From an uncultured Actinomycetes bacterium (GTDB taxonomy: Bacteria; Actinomycetota; UBA4738; HRBIN12), in NCBI GenBank assembly GCA_963704725.1, contig OY969934.1:3328001-3392000 (forward strand): DNA of 64,000 nucleotides, given 5' to 3'. The position numbers and the translations under genes are program-made. Below, piece after piece: positions 8,823-20,367 of this stretch. Numbering within the stretch: the first letter of the stretch is position 1; every line of letters begins with the position of its first letter. The notes under the pieces were generated by a model. That model saw nothing but the letters and a program-made list of their open reading frames with translations, was not told the origin of the DNA and did no database searches.

Positions 8823-11579
8823 TCAGGAGGTGTCCCGGACGCCCACGTCAACGCCGCCCTCGACGACCATCCGTGCCAGGTCGCTCCGGGAGCGGATGCC
8901 GAGCTTCCGGTAGATGCGCGTGAGATGGGCCTCGACGGTCGCCACGCTCATGAAGAGCGTCGTCGCGACCTCTCGGTTCTTGCCGCCCCCTGCCACCAGC
9001 TGGGCAACCCGCATCTCGGTCGAGGTGAGACGACCGCCCGCCGGACCCGGCGCGGCGCGATCGACGTCCTCGGCCGCTCGCGCCTCCCACAGGCGGGCGC
9101 CGATCCTCGCGAATCGCTCCCTCGCGTCGACGAGGACCCGGACGGCGAGCGCGCGGCGGCCGTCGCGAAGCAGCGCCCGGCCTCGCCACAGCTCGGCACG
9201 GGTGGCGTCGGGCTCGTGCGCCAACTCCGAGAATCGGGCGGCCGCCTCCTCCGCCGACGCGGCGGCGCCTGCCGCGTCACCCTCCGCGAGGAGCACGATC
9301 CCGCGGCATCGCGTTGCGGCCGCCCGGCCCCACGCGTGGCCGCTCGCCGCCGCCTGGCGCTCCAGGCGATCCATGAAGCTCCTCGCGGTCGGCAGGTCGC
9401 CCGAGAGCGCGGCGGCCTCGACCGCGTCGGGAAGCGCAGGGAAGACTCCGGGATGTCCGACGCCCATCTCCTGCAGGAGGCGAACGGCCACGGAGAGCTC
9501 GTGCACGGCGCCGTGGTGGTCTCCCTCCGAGAGGGCGAGCAGCCCGAGGACGCGTCGGCCCGCCACGGTATCGGGCCGCTCCCCGAGTCGCTCCGCCCGA
9601 TCGAGGAGGCGCCGCGCGGTGGAGCGGGCCTCGGACGCTCGGCCGAGCCAGGCGTCCACCAGGGCCTTGGGATAGAGGAACCACCGGTCCCCGAGCGTGC
9701 TCCCCGAGTCGCGGACCGCCTCGAGTCCCTGCTCGACCAACGTCTCCGCCGCGGCGAAGTCCCCGGCCGCCACGTCGGCCAGGGCGAGGTCGTACAGCTG
9801 GAACGGTCTCTGGAACTCGTCGGAGGAAGCGCCGGATCCGACGAGCGTCCTGGCCGCCTCCAGGTCGCCCGCCCACCGGTATTGCTTCGCGAGCAGGCCA
9901 CGAGCTCGACGGCCGGTCGTCAGTGGAAGCCCATCCGCGGCGTCCTCCAGCGCGATGGCGCGCTCCATGACCGGCAGGACGCGAGCCCCTTCGATGGCCT
10001 CCAGGTGCGCGAGACCGGACAGCGTCATCGCCAGCAGCCGCGAGTCGTCCAGCCGCTCGGCGATCGCCTGCGCCGACCCGGCGCATTCGATCGCAGCTCG
10101 CACCGCGCCGAACGAGAGCCAATGCGCGAAGGCCAGCTCGTCGAGCACCCGGGCCCGCAGGGGCTCGTCGTCGCCTGCGTCCTCGAGCGCTCGCTCGAGC
10201 AGCGCGATGCTCGTCCGCGGACGGTCGTTCTCGAGGTCCGAGCGAAGGACGAGCGCTCGAGCCCGACCCGGCCCAGGAGGCTGACGGGCAACGAGCTCGT
10301 CCGCCAGTGCCAGCGCCCGGCTGGCCTCACCCGCGGCGGCCAGGTTCTCGATCTCGAGCTGGACGCGGCGGCGGGCCCTCTCGACGTCGCCCTCGGGCGT
10401 CACCCGCGCGCTGTGCCGCGCGAACTCCGCCGCGAGATCGAAGGACCCCCGACCGGACGCGCGCTCCGCCGCCTGCTCGAGCAGCAGCGCCACATCCGCG
10501 CCGGGCGTCTCGGTCGACAACGCGAGGTGCCGGGCACGGATGTCGGGATCGAGCGCCAGGTCCGCCAACCGACCGTGCAAGGCTCGTCGCGACATCGGCG
10601 TCATGCGCGCGTACACGGTCTCGCCGATGAGTGGATGCGAGAAGCGGATCTCCTCCTTCTCGACCACCAGGATGCCGAGTCGTTCCGCGAGCGCGAGCAG
10701 GTCGTCGGTGTCCACCTCGGGCACGTTCCGCTCGAGCTCCGAGACCGGGACGGGTCCGAGCCCGGCGGCGGCCTCGAGCAGGGGCGCGAGCTCGACCGGC
10801 GCCGACTCCAGGCGACGCGTGATCGCCGCCCCGATCGAGTCGGGCAGGGAGAGCGTGCGCCCGGAGCCTCGCATCCGCTCGTCGGCGGCCAGGCCGCGCG
10901 CCAGCTCGATCGCGTACAGGGGATTGCCGCCGGAGACCCGGTGGATCCTTCTGAGGGTCGGCCGCGAGATCGCCGTGACGACCCGGGCCAGGACTCGACG
11001 CAACTCCTCCAGGCCGAGCGGGCCGAGATCGACTTCCCGGAGCCGTCCGGGAGGCAGGGTGTCCGAGCAGGAGAGCGGATCGTCCGTGCGGCCGCTCATC
11101 CGGGTCGTCGCGAGCACGCCGACCGGAGCCGCCTCGAGGCGCCGAAGCGCGAACCGCAGGGCCCGAGCCGATGCCGGATCCAGCCACTGGAGGTCGTCGA
11201 TGGCGAGCACGACCGGACCTCGGTCGGCGAGCTCGCCGATCGCGCCGAGGACCAGACGTCCGCGCGAGAGCGGGTCGTCGTCCGCGCGGAGACCGGCGAC
11301 GTCGAGCGGGGCTCCCTCGAACAGGTCCGCGAGCGCGACGAGGTCGAGCGCCATCTCCTCCTCGGCCGGCCTGGCCACGAGCACCCGATGGCCGGCCTCC
11401 CCGCATCTCTCGATCGCGTGGCGCCAGAACGCCGTCTTGCCGACCCCCGGCTCCCCGCCGATGACGAGCGCGCGCGGGCCGCGGGCGACGTCCGCCGCGA
11501 AGGCCTCGATCATGGCGCGCTCTCGATCACGGCCCACGATGTCGCGCGATCGACCTGAGGCCAGCGCCGCCTCGCTCAT
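8823..11579 (-). CDS. LAL-family regulator, copy 2 (paralog of 6014-8803)
   Basis: [39 protein letters not shown], LuxR HTH NREVATTLFMSVATVEAHLTRIYRKLG. ATG 11579 is 6 nt after TATGAT. Confidence 0.92.
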   Translation of the reverse strand: MSEAALASGRSRDIVGRDRERAMIEAFAADVARGPRALVIGGEPGVGKTAFWRHAIERCGEAGHRVLVARPAEEEMALDLVALADLFEGAPLDVAGLRADDDPLSRGRLVLGAIGELADRGPVVLAIDDLQWLDPASARALRFALRRLEAAPVGVLATTRMSGRTDDPLSCSDTLPPGRLREVDLGPLGLEELRRVLARVVTAISRPTLRRIHRVSGGNPLYAIELARGLAADERMRGSGRTLSLPDSIGAAITRRLESAPVELAPLLEAAAGLGPVPVSELERNVPEVDTDDLLALAERLGILVVEKEEIRFSHPLIGETVYARMTPMSRRALHGRLADLALDPDIRARHLALSTETPGADVALLLEQAAERASGRGSFDLAAEFARHSARVTPEGDVERARRRVQLEIENLAAAGEASRALALADELVARQPPGPGRARALVLRSDLENDRPRTSIALLERALEDAGDDEPLRARVLDELAFAHWLSFGAVRAAIECAGSAQAIAERLDDSRLLAMTLSGLAHLEAIEGARVLPVMERAIALEDAADGLPLTTGRRARGLLAKQYRWAGDLEAARTLVGSGASSDEFQRPFQLYDLALADVAAGDFAAAETLVEQGLEAVRDSGSTLGDRWFLYPKALVDAWLGRASEARSTARRLLDRAERLGERPDTVAGRRVLGLLALSEGDHHGAVHELSVAVRLLQEMGVGHPGVFPALPDAVEAAALSGDLPTARSFMDRLERQAAASGHAWGRAAATRCRGIVLLAEGDAAGAAASAEEAAARFSELAHEPDATRAELWRGRALLRDGRRALAVRVLVDARERFARIGARLWEARAAEDVDRAAPGPAGGRLTSTEMRVAQLVAGGGKNREVATTLFMSVATVEAHLTRIYRKLGIRSRSDLARMVVEGGVDVGVRDTS

Positions 11580-11721
11580 CGCGCGATCATAGGCGGGCTC
11601 CCGGCGCGAGCGCCTCCCCCGAATCACCTACGCGGATCCGGCGCCGATGGAAGGGTCGTGCGATGTCGCCCGCGACCGTCCGACGGCCCGGCCGAGGATC
11701 AGGGAGCGACGAGCGTGCCGA

Positions 11722-12105
11722 TCACCCGTCCCGCGGACCGAGGATCTGCAGGACCGTGCGTCCCAGCCCCGCGCGCAGGTCGGATCGCACCTCCGCGATG
11801 ACCTCGCGCAAACCGGTGCTGGCACCCTTCTCCAGCTCCGACAGAACGGCTTCCGCCGCGGCAAGGTCGTTCCCGGTGAGGGGCCGGTGATGCCCTTCCT
11901 CCGTCGACTCGATCAGCCGCGTGGCGGCCGCGAGCAGACGGTCGGTCCGCCGCTGCAGCCGGAGACTGGCCGCGTATCTCCTCGACAGCTCGTCGCGATG
12001 CGACGTCAGAGCCCCGAGCCACCGCCGACCGTTCGGCGAACCCGTCGCGTGCGCGGCGACGAAGCGGCGCAGGCCTGCGAGCTGTTCGCCGGTGATCGTC
12101 GTCAT
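11722..12105 (-). CDS. hypothetical helical protein (127 aa), coupled to the M64 peptidase
   Basis: ATGA overlap with the peptidase stop. Begins MTTITGEQLAGLRRF. Confidence 0.7.
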   Translation of the reverse strand: MTTITGEQLAGLRRFVAAHATGSPNGRRWLGALTSHRDELSRRYAASLRLQRRTDRLLAAATRLIESTEEGHHRPLTGNDLAAAEAVLSELEKGASTGLREVIAEVRSDLRAGLGRTVLQILGPRDG

Positions 12106-13226
12106 CGCGACGGGGACCCTTCGTGGCGGCGGAGCGCCCGCGCCCACGGCGCGAACACGGCGGTCCGAAGCAACCGAGCAAGGCGCGGCCTGGAACGGGC
12201 AACGCGGGCGAGCGGCGGGCTGAGATGCCGGTACACCGCGACCAGCAGTCGCATGAGCGCCGCCGCCGAAGCACCCGCTCGAAGATGGCGATCGCGCCAG
12301 CGCCGGATCGTGACCACGTCCGGGTGGAGCCGATCGCCGTAGGCGGCGCTCGCCACGAGACACGGCGTGAGATCGAGCAGGCTACCCCAGGTGAGCGTGT
12401 CGAGGACCACCCCGGTGCAGATGGAGCAGTACGGGATGTAGAGGTTGTTCATGAGACAGTCGTACTCGGGCCGGTAGCAGCCGCAGGCAACGTACTTGGC
12501 GCCCTCGAACAGCCCGACCGTCCCGACAGGCACCGGGCTTGCCTGTGTGTCGCACAGCGTGCAGTTCGGGTTCGACGCGGTCGGCACCGGTGTCGCCGGG
12601 TCGATGGAATCGGCCCACTTCCCGACGTTCGCCAGGTCGGCCAGCGTGGCGGCCGCCGTGACGTTCGGCTCCACCGGCTCGCTCCCCACGAAGGAGCCGC
12701 CGCCGCTGCAGTACTCGTCGGCGAGCCCGAACGCCGCGTGCCCCATCTCGTGAAGCGCGATCCAATCCGGGTCGTAGAGTGACGCCACCGCCACCTGGCC
12801 GCCGCCGCCTCCGTAGACCGTGCTGTTGACGAACACGAGCAGGGCGTCCCACTCGGGCACCTCGACGTTGGCCGTGTCGATGACGATCGATTCGTCGACG
12901 TACAGCAGGCGGTCCGTACCCCCGACGCAGAACTCGGCGTCGAAGTAGGTGGCCACGAGGGAACCATCGCAATCCGGGCTGTCGGCCCCCGATTCCGACG
13001 ACTCGACGTCGATCCTGTGGACGTTGACCTTGTCCCACGTGAGCGAGCCGGCGAACGGGCTCTGCGTCGGGAGGAACGTCACGAAGTCGTCGACGACGGC
13101 CTCGAAGGCGCCGAGCTCGGCGGCCGTGAACCCGTCGCCCGTGACGACCAGGTTCCACTTGTCCTCGTCGGGGCCGTTGTCCACCAGCTTGGTGGTGCCG
13201 ACGACCGAGCCGTCACTCGTGGTCAT
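12102..13226 (-). CDS. M64-family (IgA-peptidase-like) zinc metallopeptidase with C-terminal CFI-box-CTERM-like domain
   Basis: DNGPDEDKWNLVVTGDGFT, YGGGGG, HEMGHAAFGLADEY, EPNVT, GLFEGAKY..YRPEYDCLM..CSIC. Tail CLVASAAYG..HPDVVTIRRWRDRHL..YRHLSPPLA. Confidence 0.88.
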   Translation of the reverse strand: MTTSDGSVVGTTKLVDNGPDEDKWNLVVTGDGFTAAELGAFEAVVDDFVTFLPTQSPFAGSLTWDKVNVHRIDVESSESGADSPDCDGSLVATYFDAEFCVGGTDRLLYVDESIVIDTANVEVPEWDALLVFVNSTVYGGGGGQVAVASLYDPDWIALHEMGHAAFGLADEYCSGGGSFVGSEPVEPNVTAAATLADLANVGKWADSIDPATPVPTASNPNCTLCDTQASPVPVGTVGLFEGAKYVACGCYRPEYDCLMNNLYIPYCSICTGVVLDTLTWGSLLDLTPCLVASAAYGDRLHPDVVTIRRWRDRHLRAGASAAALMRLLVAVYRHLSPPLARVARSRPRLARLLRTAVFAPWARALRRHEGSPSR

Positions 13227-13227
13227 C

Positions 13228-13683
13228 TCAGTCGGGCTCCAGTTCGAGACGGAGCAGCTCCCGTCGGACGCGCGCCCCGCCGGGTGGGGGCGCGAGCCCA
13301 GCCTGCGCGAGAACGACCTCCGGTCCGGCGGACACCACGACGACGATCTCGGCTCCCGTACGAGGTACCACGACGGTGAACACGCCGGTCGGACGGGCGA
13401 ACGCGACCCTTCGCAGGCGCCCATCCGGGTCGACGACCTCCGCGTCCTGCGGGATCGGGTCGTTCAGCACCCGGCGGTAGAGGACCTCGTCGGTCCGTGA
13501 CCTGAGCTCGAGGATCACGGCGTTGGGCGGGGGCTCTCGGTCCAGTGGGGCGCTGGGCGGCGCCGACTTGCGCCGCCGCAGCCGGTCCTTGAGCCGCAGC
13601 CCCGCTTCGTCGTAAGCGAAGGTCAGCCGGACCGATCCCCTCCGAGGGCCTGCCTGAGTCCCGGCAACGTGTGGCGTGCTCAC
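13228..13683 (-). CDS. hypothetical protein (151 aa) directly upstream of the M64 peptidase
   Basis: Stop is 1 nt from the peptidase ATG. Beta-rich (VRLTFAY, LELR..EVLYRRVL.DPIP, GVFTVVVP). GTG is 7 nt after -10 TACGTT. Confidence 0.8.
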   Translation of the reverse strand: MSTPHVAGTQAGPRRGSVRLTFAYDEAGLRLKDRLRRRKSAPPSAPLDREPPPNAVILELRSRTDEVLYRRVLNDPIPQDAEVVDPDGRLRRVAFARPTGVFTVVVPRTGAEIVVVVSAGPEVVLAQAGLAPPPGGARVRRELLRLELEPD

Positions 13684-13716
13684 GGCGACGAACGTAGCGA
13701 AGGCGTCACGGCCTCG

Positions 13717-13734
13717 CTAGCGGGGTTCCCCTAG
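13717..13734. promoter_or_regulatory. 18-bp operator, copy 2 (CTAGCGGGGTTCCCCTAG)
   Basis: Near-identical to 5979-5996. Lies 20 nt upstream of -10 TACGTT (13691-13696, minus strand). Confidence 0.7.
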
Positions 13735-13788
13735 AGAATCCGCCGGCCCGACGCCGAGCGGCCTCGACCCCGAGCCTGGATACCGAAG

Positions 13789-13816
13789 GGCCCGGCAGCC
13801 ACACGGTTGCCGGGCC
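13789..13816 (-). terminator. GC-rich hairpin downstream of clpC
   Basis: GGCCCGGCAGCC-ACAC-GGTTGCCGGGCC inverted repeat with a weak U tract. Confidence 0.5.
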
Positions 13817-13874
13817 ATCGGTCTTGCGGCCGGGCGGCGGGGACCGCCCGACGATTGTGTTGTCGGATCCTCCG

Positions 13875-16364
<2,490 letters not shown>

Positions 16365-16812
16365 CGCTCTCCCCCGGGGCCCGGGAGCCCCTTGTGTTCG
16401 AAAACAGCCTCGGGGATCAGCGGACCCCGTCCTACCCCCGAGGCAGGTCGGGCGCCCCGGTGGTGCGCCTTTCAGCGCGCCTTCCGAAGCGCCCCACAGC
16501 GGTCAGTATACCCCTGGCCCCCGATACGGCCGTTCGGGCCGGCACACCCCTCTTGCTTACCCCAACGTCGCGTTCGGCACCTTCGTTCCGTATATTCGGC
16601 CACGATCTCGGCGGGGATGAGCATCGCTGGAAGATGTAACCCGTTGAGCCTGGATATAGGCCGAAAGGACCAGGAGAGATTCCCCCGTCTGGGGAATGTT
16701 CGGAGCCTGCTCGCCTCGGGGAGGATTCCTACGTAGCGTGCCTTCCGTGAAGATCCCATCCGAGGATCCCGCCGCCGGAAGCGATGCCTTCCCCAGAAGG
16801 AGACGATCGCCG

Positions 16813-17178
16813 TTGCGGGTCCTGGTGGTCGACGACCACCCGGCGTTTCGCCGAGCCCTCACCTCCGCCCTGCGGATGGTCAAGGACATCGAGGTGGCCG
16901 GCGAGGCGGGCGGAGGGGTCGAGGCGGCCCAGCGGGCCGTCGACGGGGACCCCGACCTCGTCCTCATGGACCTGTCCATGCCGGACCTGGACGGCATCGC
17001 GGCGATGCGGCGGATCCACGAGCGCAAGCCCCACCTGCCCGTGGTGATCCTCACGGCGCACGCCGATCCCGGCGTCGAGAAGGAGGCTCGCGAGGCCGGC
17101 GCCTCGGGGTTCCTCGCGAAGGGGACCGCCCTGGAGGACCTCGTCCTCGTCCTGCACGAAGCCGCCGACGGCGAGTAA
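16813..17178 (+). CDS. single-domain response regulator (receiver only)
   Basis: RVLVVDDH, PDLVLMDLSMP, VILTAH, FLAKG, with no output domain. TTG 16813 follows AGAAGGAG; a leaderless GTG at 16747 is an alternative start. Confidence 0.85.
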   Translation: MRVLVVDDHPAFRRALTSALRMVKDIEVAGEAGGGVEAAQRAVDGDPDLVLMDLSMPDLDGIAAMRRIHERKPHLPVVILTAHADPGVEKEAREAGASGFLAKGTALEDLVLVLHEAADGE

Positions 17179-17183
17179 CTCTC

Positions 17184-18677
17184 TCAACCGCTCTCGGGGC
17201 GGTGGTGCGGGAACAGGATCAGGTCCCGGAGGGACGGGGCGTCCGTCAGCACCATCAGGAGCCGGTCGATCCCGATGCCGATGCCGCCCGCGGGGGGCAT
17301 CCCGTGCTCGAGCGCCGTCAGGAAGTCCTCGTCGAACGGGTGGGTCTCTTCCGCGCCCGCGGCACGCTGGGCGGCCTGGAGCTCGAACTTGGCCCGCTGC
17401 TCGTCGGGATCGGTCAGCTCGCTGAACGCCGTGGCCAGCTCCACGCCGCCGATCACGAGGTCGAAGTGCTCGGTGAGGGCCGGATCGCTCCGGTGGGGCC
17501 GGGCGAGCGGCGAGACCTCGCGCGGGAAGTCACAGACGAACGTCGGCTCCCACAGCGTCGGCTCGACGAGCTTCTCGAACAGCTCCACGGCGACCTTGCC
17601 CGGCCCCCACGCCGGGTCGACGGGGACGCCGTGCCTCTCGGCCAAGGCGGCGAGTTCCGACCCGTCGAGCGTCACCTCCTCGCCCACCGCCTCGGACACG
17701 CTCCCGAGGACGGTGAGGCGCCGCCACTGCGGCGTGAGGTCGAGATCGCGGCCCCTGAACTCGAACACCAGCGAGCCGCGGACGGCGCGCGCCGACGCCA
17801 CGAGGAGCTCCTCGGTCAGGCGCATGACGTCGTGGTAGTCGGCGTATGCCTGGTAGAGCTCGAGCATCGTGAACTCGGGGTTGTGCTCGCGGTCGATGCC
17901 CTCGTTGCGGAAGGTGCGTCCGATCTCGTACACGCGCTCGAGCCCGCCGACGAGCAGGCGCTTCAGGTACAGCTCGAGCGAGATGCGAAGCTTCAGGTCG
18001 ACGTCCAGCACGTTGTGGTGGGTCGTGAAGGGCCGGGCCATGGCGCCCCCCGCGATCCCCTGCAGCACCGGCGTCTCGACCTCGACGAACCCGCGCGCGT
18101 CGAGCTCGGCGCGCAGGGTGCGCAGGAGGGTGGCCCGCGCCATCGCATACCCCCGCGCGGTGGGATCGGTCGCCAGGTGCAGGTACCGCTGGCGCTGCTG
18201 GAGGTCGGGGTCCTTCAGCCCGTGCCACTTCTCGGGCAGGGGCCGGAGCGACTTGGACAGCATGGCCAGTCGGTCCACGAAGATCGACAGCTCGCCGCGG
18301 CGGGTCGTCCCCACGCGCCCGGTCGCGCCGACGACGTCGCCGAGGTCGACCTCCTCCAGGAGCGCGAGGCTCGCCGGGTCCGTGTCCTCGTTGCACACCA
18401 GCTGCAGGTCGCCGGTCCGGTCCCGCAGGACCAGGAACGCGAGCTTGCCCATGTCGCGCTTCAGCATCACCCGTCCGGCGACGGTGCGGCGATCGTTCGA
18501 GATCGTGTCGGGTCCGAGGGAGCGGCCCGCCGCGCGGACGCGCTCGATCGGATCGTGGTCGCGGACGCCGAGGGCCTGCTCGAGGGTGCGCGCGAAGGCG
18601 CGGTCGCCGAGACGCTCACGGCTCCTGCGTCGCGCCCGCAGGACCTCGGCCTCGCGGCCCGTGGCGTCCTCAGGCAT
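17184..18677 (-). CDS. lysS: lysine--tRNA ligase (class II)
   Basis: VAGRVM.KRDMGK, PLPEKWHGL, LRISLELYLKRLLVGG, FRNEGID..HNPEFTMLE, GMPPAGGIGIGIDRL. Confidence 0.97.
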   Translation of the reverse strand: MPEDATGREAEVLRARRRSRERLGDRAFARTLEQALGVRDHDPIERVRAAGRSLGPDTISNDRRTVAGRVMLKRDMGKLAFLVLRDRTGDLQLVCNEDTDPASLALLEEVDLGDVVGATGRVGTTRRGELSIFVDRLAMLSKSLRPLPEKWHGLKDPDLQQRQRYLHLATDPTARGYAMARATLLRTLRAELDARGFVEVETPVLQGIAGGAMARPFTTHHNVLDVDLKLRISLELYLKRLLVGGLERVYEIGRTFRNEGIDREHNPEFTMLELYQAYADYHDVMRLTEELLVASARAVRGSLVFEFRGRDLDLTPQWRRLTVLGSVSEAVGEEVTLDGSELAALAERHGVPVDPAWGPGKVAVELFEKLVEPTLWEPTFVCDFPREVSPLARPHRSDPALTEHFDLVIGGVELATAFSELTDPDEQRAKFELQAAQRAAGAEETHPFDEDFLTALEHGMPPAGGIGIGIDRLLMVLTDAPSLRDLILFPHHRPESG

Positions 18678-19455
18678 CGGCGGCGGGACCGACGTTGCGC
18701 TCGAACACGAGCCGGAGGCCCTCGAGCGTGAGCCACGGCTCGACCTCGTCGACGAACTGGCACTGCGGCACGATCAAGGGGGCGAGGCCGCCCGTCGCCA
18801 CGACCGTCGCGCTCCCGCCGAGGTCCTTTCGCATGCGCTCCACCATCCCGTCGGTCTCGGCGGCCGTGCCGAACACGAGGGCCGACTGGATGGCCTCGGT
18901 GGTGTTCTTGCCGATCACTCCGCGCGGGGCCTGGATCTCCACCTGCGGCAGGCGCGCGGTCTCGCGCGAGAGCGCGGCGTTCTTCGTCTGCACGCCCGGC
19001 GCGATCGCGCCGCCGAGGAACTCGCCCTTGTCCGAGACGGCGTCGTACGTCGTCGCGGTGCCGAAGTCGATGACGATGCACGGTCCGCCGTAGCGGTCGT
19101 ACGCCGCGAGCGCGTTCACGACGCGGTCGGCCCCGAGCTCGCGCGGGTTGTCGGTGAGGATCGACAGGCCGGTCCTGGTCCCGGGCTCGACGAGGACGGG
19201 CGGGAAGTTGAAGTAGCGGTGGACCATGTCGCGGAGCGCCCCCGTCGACGTCGGGACCACCGAGCTGATGGCGACGCCGCTGATCTGGTTCGAGAAGGAG
19301 AGGTCGGCCTGCTCGAGGAGGCCGGCGAACAGGACGGCGAGCTCGTCGGCGGTGCGTTCGGGCTCGGTCGAGATCCGCCAGTGGTGTTCGAGCGAGGTCC
19401 CTCGGAACACGCCGAGCATCGTGTTGGTGTTGCCGACGTTCACGGCGAGCAGCAC
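18670..19455 (-). CDS. coaX: type III pantothenate kinase
   Basis: MLLAVNVGNTNT, SSVVP, ELGADRVVNA, IDFGTATT, GGAIAPG, VATGG. Confidence 0.95.
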   Translation of the reverse strand: MLLAVNVGNTNTMLGVFRGTSLEHHWRISTEPERTADELAVLFAGLLEQADLSFSNQISGVAISSVVPTSTGALRDMVHRYFNFPPVLVEPGTRTGLSILTDNPRELGADRVVNALAAYDRYGGPCIVIDFGTATTYDAVSDKGEFLGGAIAPGVQTKNAALSRETARLPQVEIQAPRGVIGKNTTEAIQSALVFGTAAETDGMVERMRKDLGGSATVVATGGLAPLIVPQCQFVDEVEPWLTLEGLRLVFERNVGPAADA

Positions 19456-19515
19456 GGTGGTCCCACCTCCTCGGACGGCTCATCCTGCCACGCAGGGGCG
19501 GAGGCCGACACGGGG

Positions 19516-20367
19516 CTACCGGCCGAGGAGCGGGAGGTTGTCGATGAGGCGGACGTCGCCGAACCGTGCAGCGACGAGCGCCCGAGCCGGGCCGTCCACG
19601 ATCGGGACGTCCTCGAACGTCGCCTCGTCGACCACGGCGGCGTAGTCGAGCCGCGCCTCGGGGGTCGCCCCGATCTCGCGCGCCATCGCGGCGACGAGCT
19701 TGGGGCCGTCGCGCTCCCCCGATCTCGCGAGCTCCGCCGCCTCCGAGAGCGCCAGGAACAGACAGCCCGCCGCCTCCCGCTGCTCGGGCGACAGGCGCGC
19801 GTTGCGGGACGACAGCGCCAGCCCGTCGGGCTCACGGACGGTGTGACATCCTGCGATCCCGACCGGGAACGACAGGTCCCCGGCCATGCGACGCACCAGC
19901 GCGAGTTGCTGCGCGTCCTTCTCCCCGAAGTACGCCGTGGAGGGCCCCACCGCGTGGAGCAGCTTGGCCACGACCGTGAGGACCCCTCGGAAATGTCCGG
20001 GCCGGGACGCGCCCTCGAGTCGGTCCCCGAGCGGCCCGGGGTCGACGAGGATCTCCGGCCGGCCGCGCGCGAACATCTCGGCGGCGGGGGGCGCGAAGAC
20101 GAGGTCGACGCCGAGGCGCTCGGCCACCTCGAGGTCGCGCGCCTCGTCCCGGGGGTACGCGGCGAGGTCGCCGGGATCGCCGAACTGCAGGGGGTTCACG
20201 AAGATCGAGAGCACGACCAGGTCGCGCTCGTCGCGGGCCCGACGGAGCAGGGACTCGTGGCCTGGGTGCAAGGCCCCCATCGTCGGCACGAACCCCACGG
20301 AGCGGCCGTGGCTCCGCGCCTCGTCGCACGCCGCGAGCGTTCCGGCGATGGCGCGGATCACCTCCAC
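19516..20367 (-). CDS. panC: pantoate--beta-alanine ligase
   Basis: GFVPTMGALHPGH, SIFVNPLQF, RPGHFRGV, FGEKDAQQ, REPDGLALSSRN, RLIDN. Confidence 0.96.
   Translation of the reverse strand: MEVIRAIAGTLAACDEARSHGRSVGFVPTMGALHPGHESLLRRARDERDLVVLSIFVNPLQFGDPGDLAAYPRDEARDLEVAERLGVDLVFAPPAAEMFARGRPEILVDPGPLGDRLEGASRPGHFRGVLTVVAKLLHAVGPSTAYFGEKDAQQLALVRRMAGDLSFPVGIAGCHTVREPDGLALSSRNARLSPEQREAAGCLFLALSEAAELARSGERDGPKLVAAMAREIGATPEARLDYAAVVDEATFEDVPIVDGPARALVAARFGDVRLIDNLPLLGR

Noticed and set aside
6014-11579. LAL pair as an Avs/NLR-type antiphage system
   Set aside because: Both end in a LuxR DNA-binding HTH and lack nuclease, TIR or SIR2 effectors; transcriptional activation is the simpler reading.
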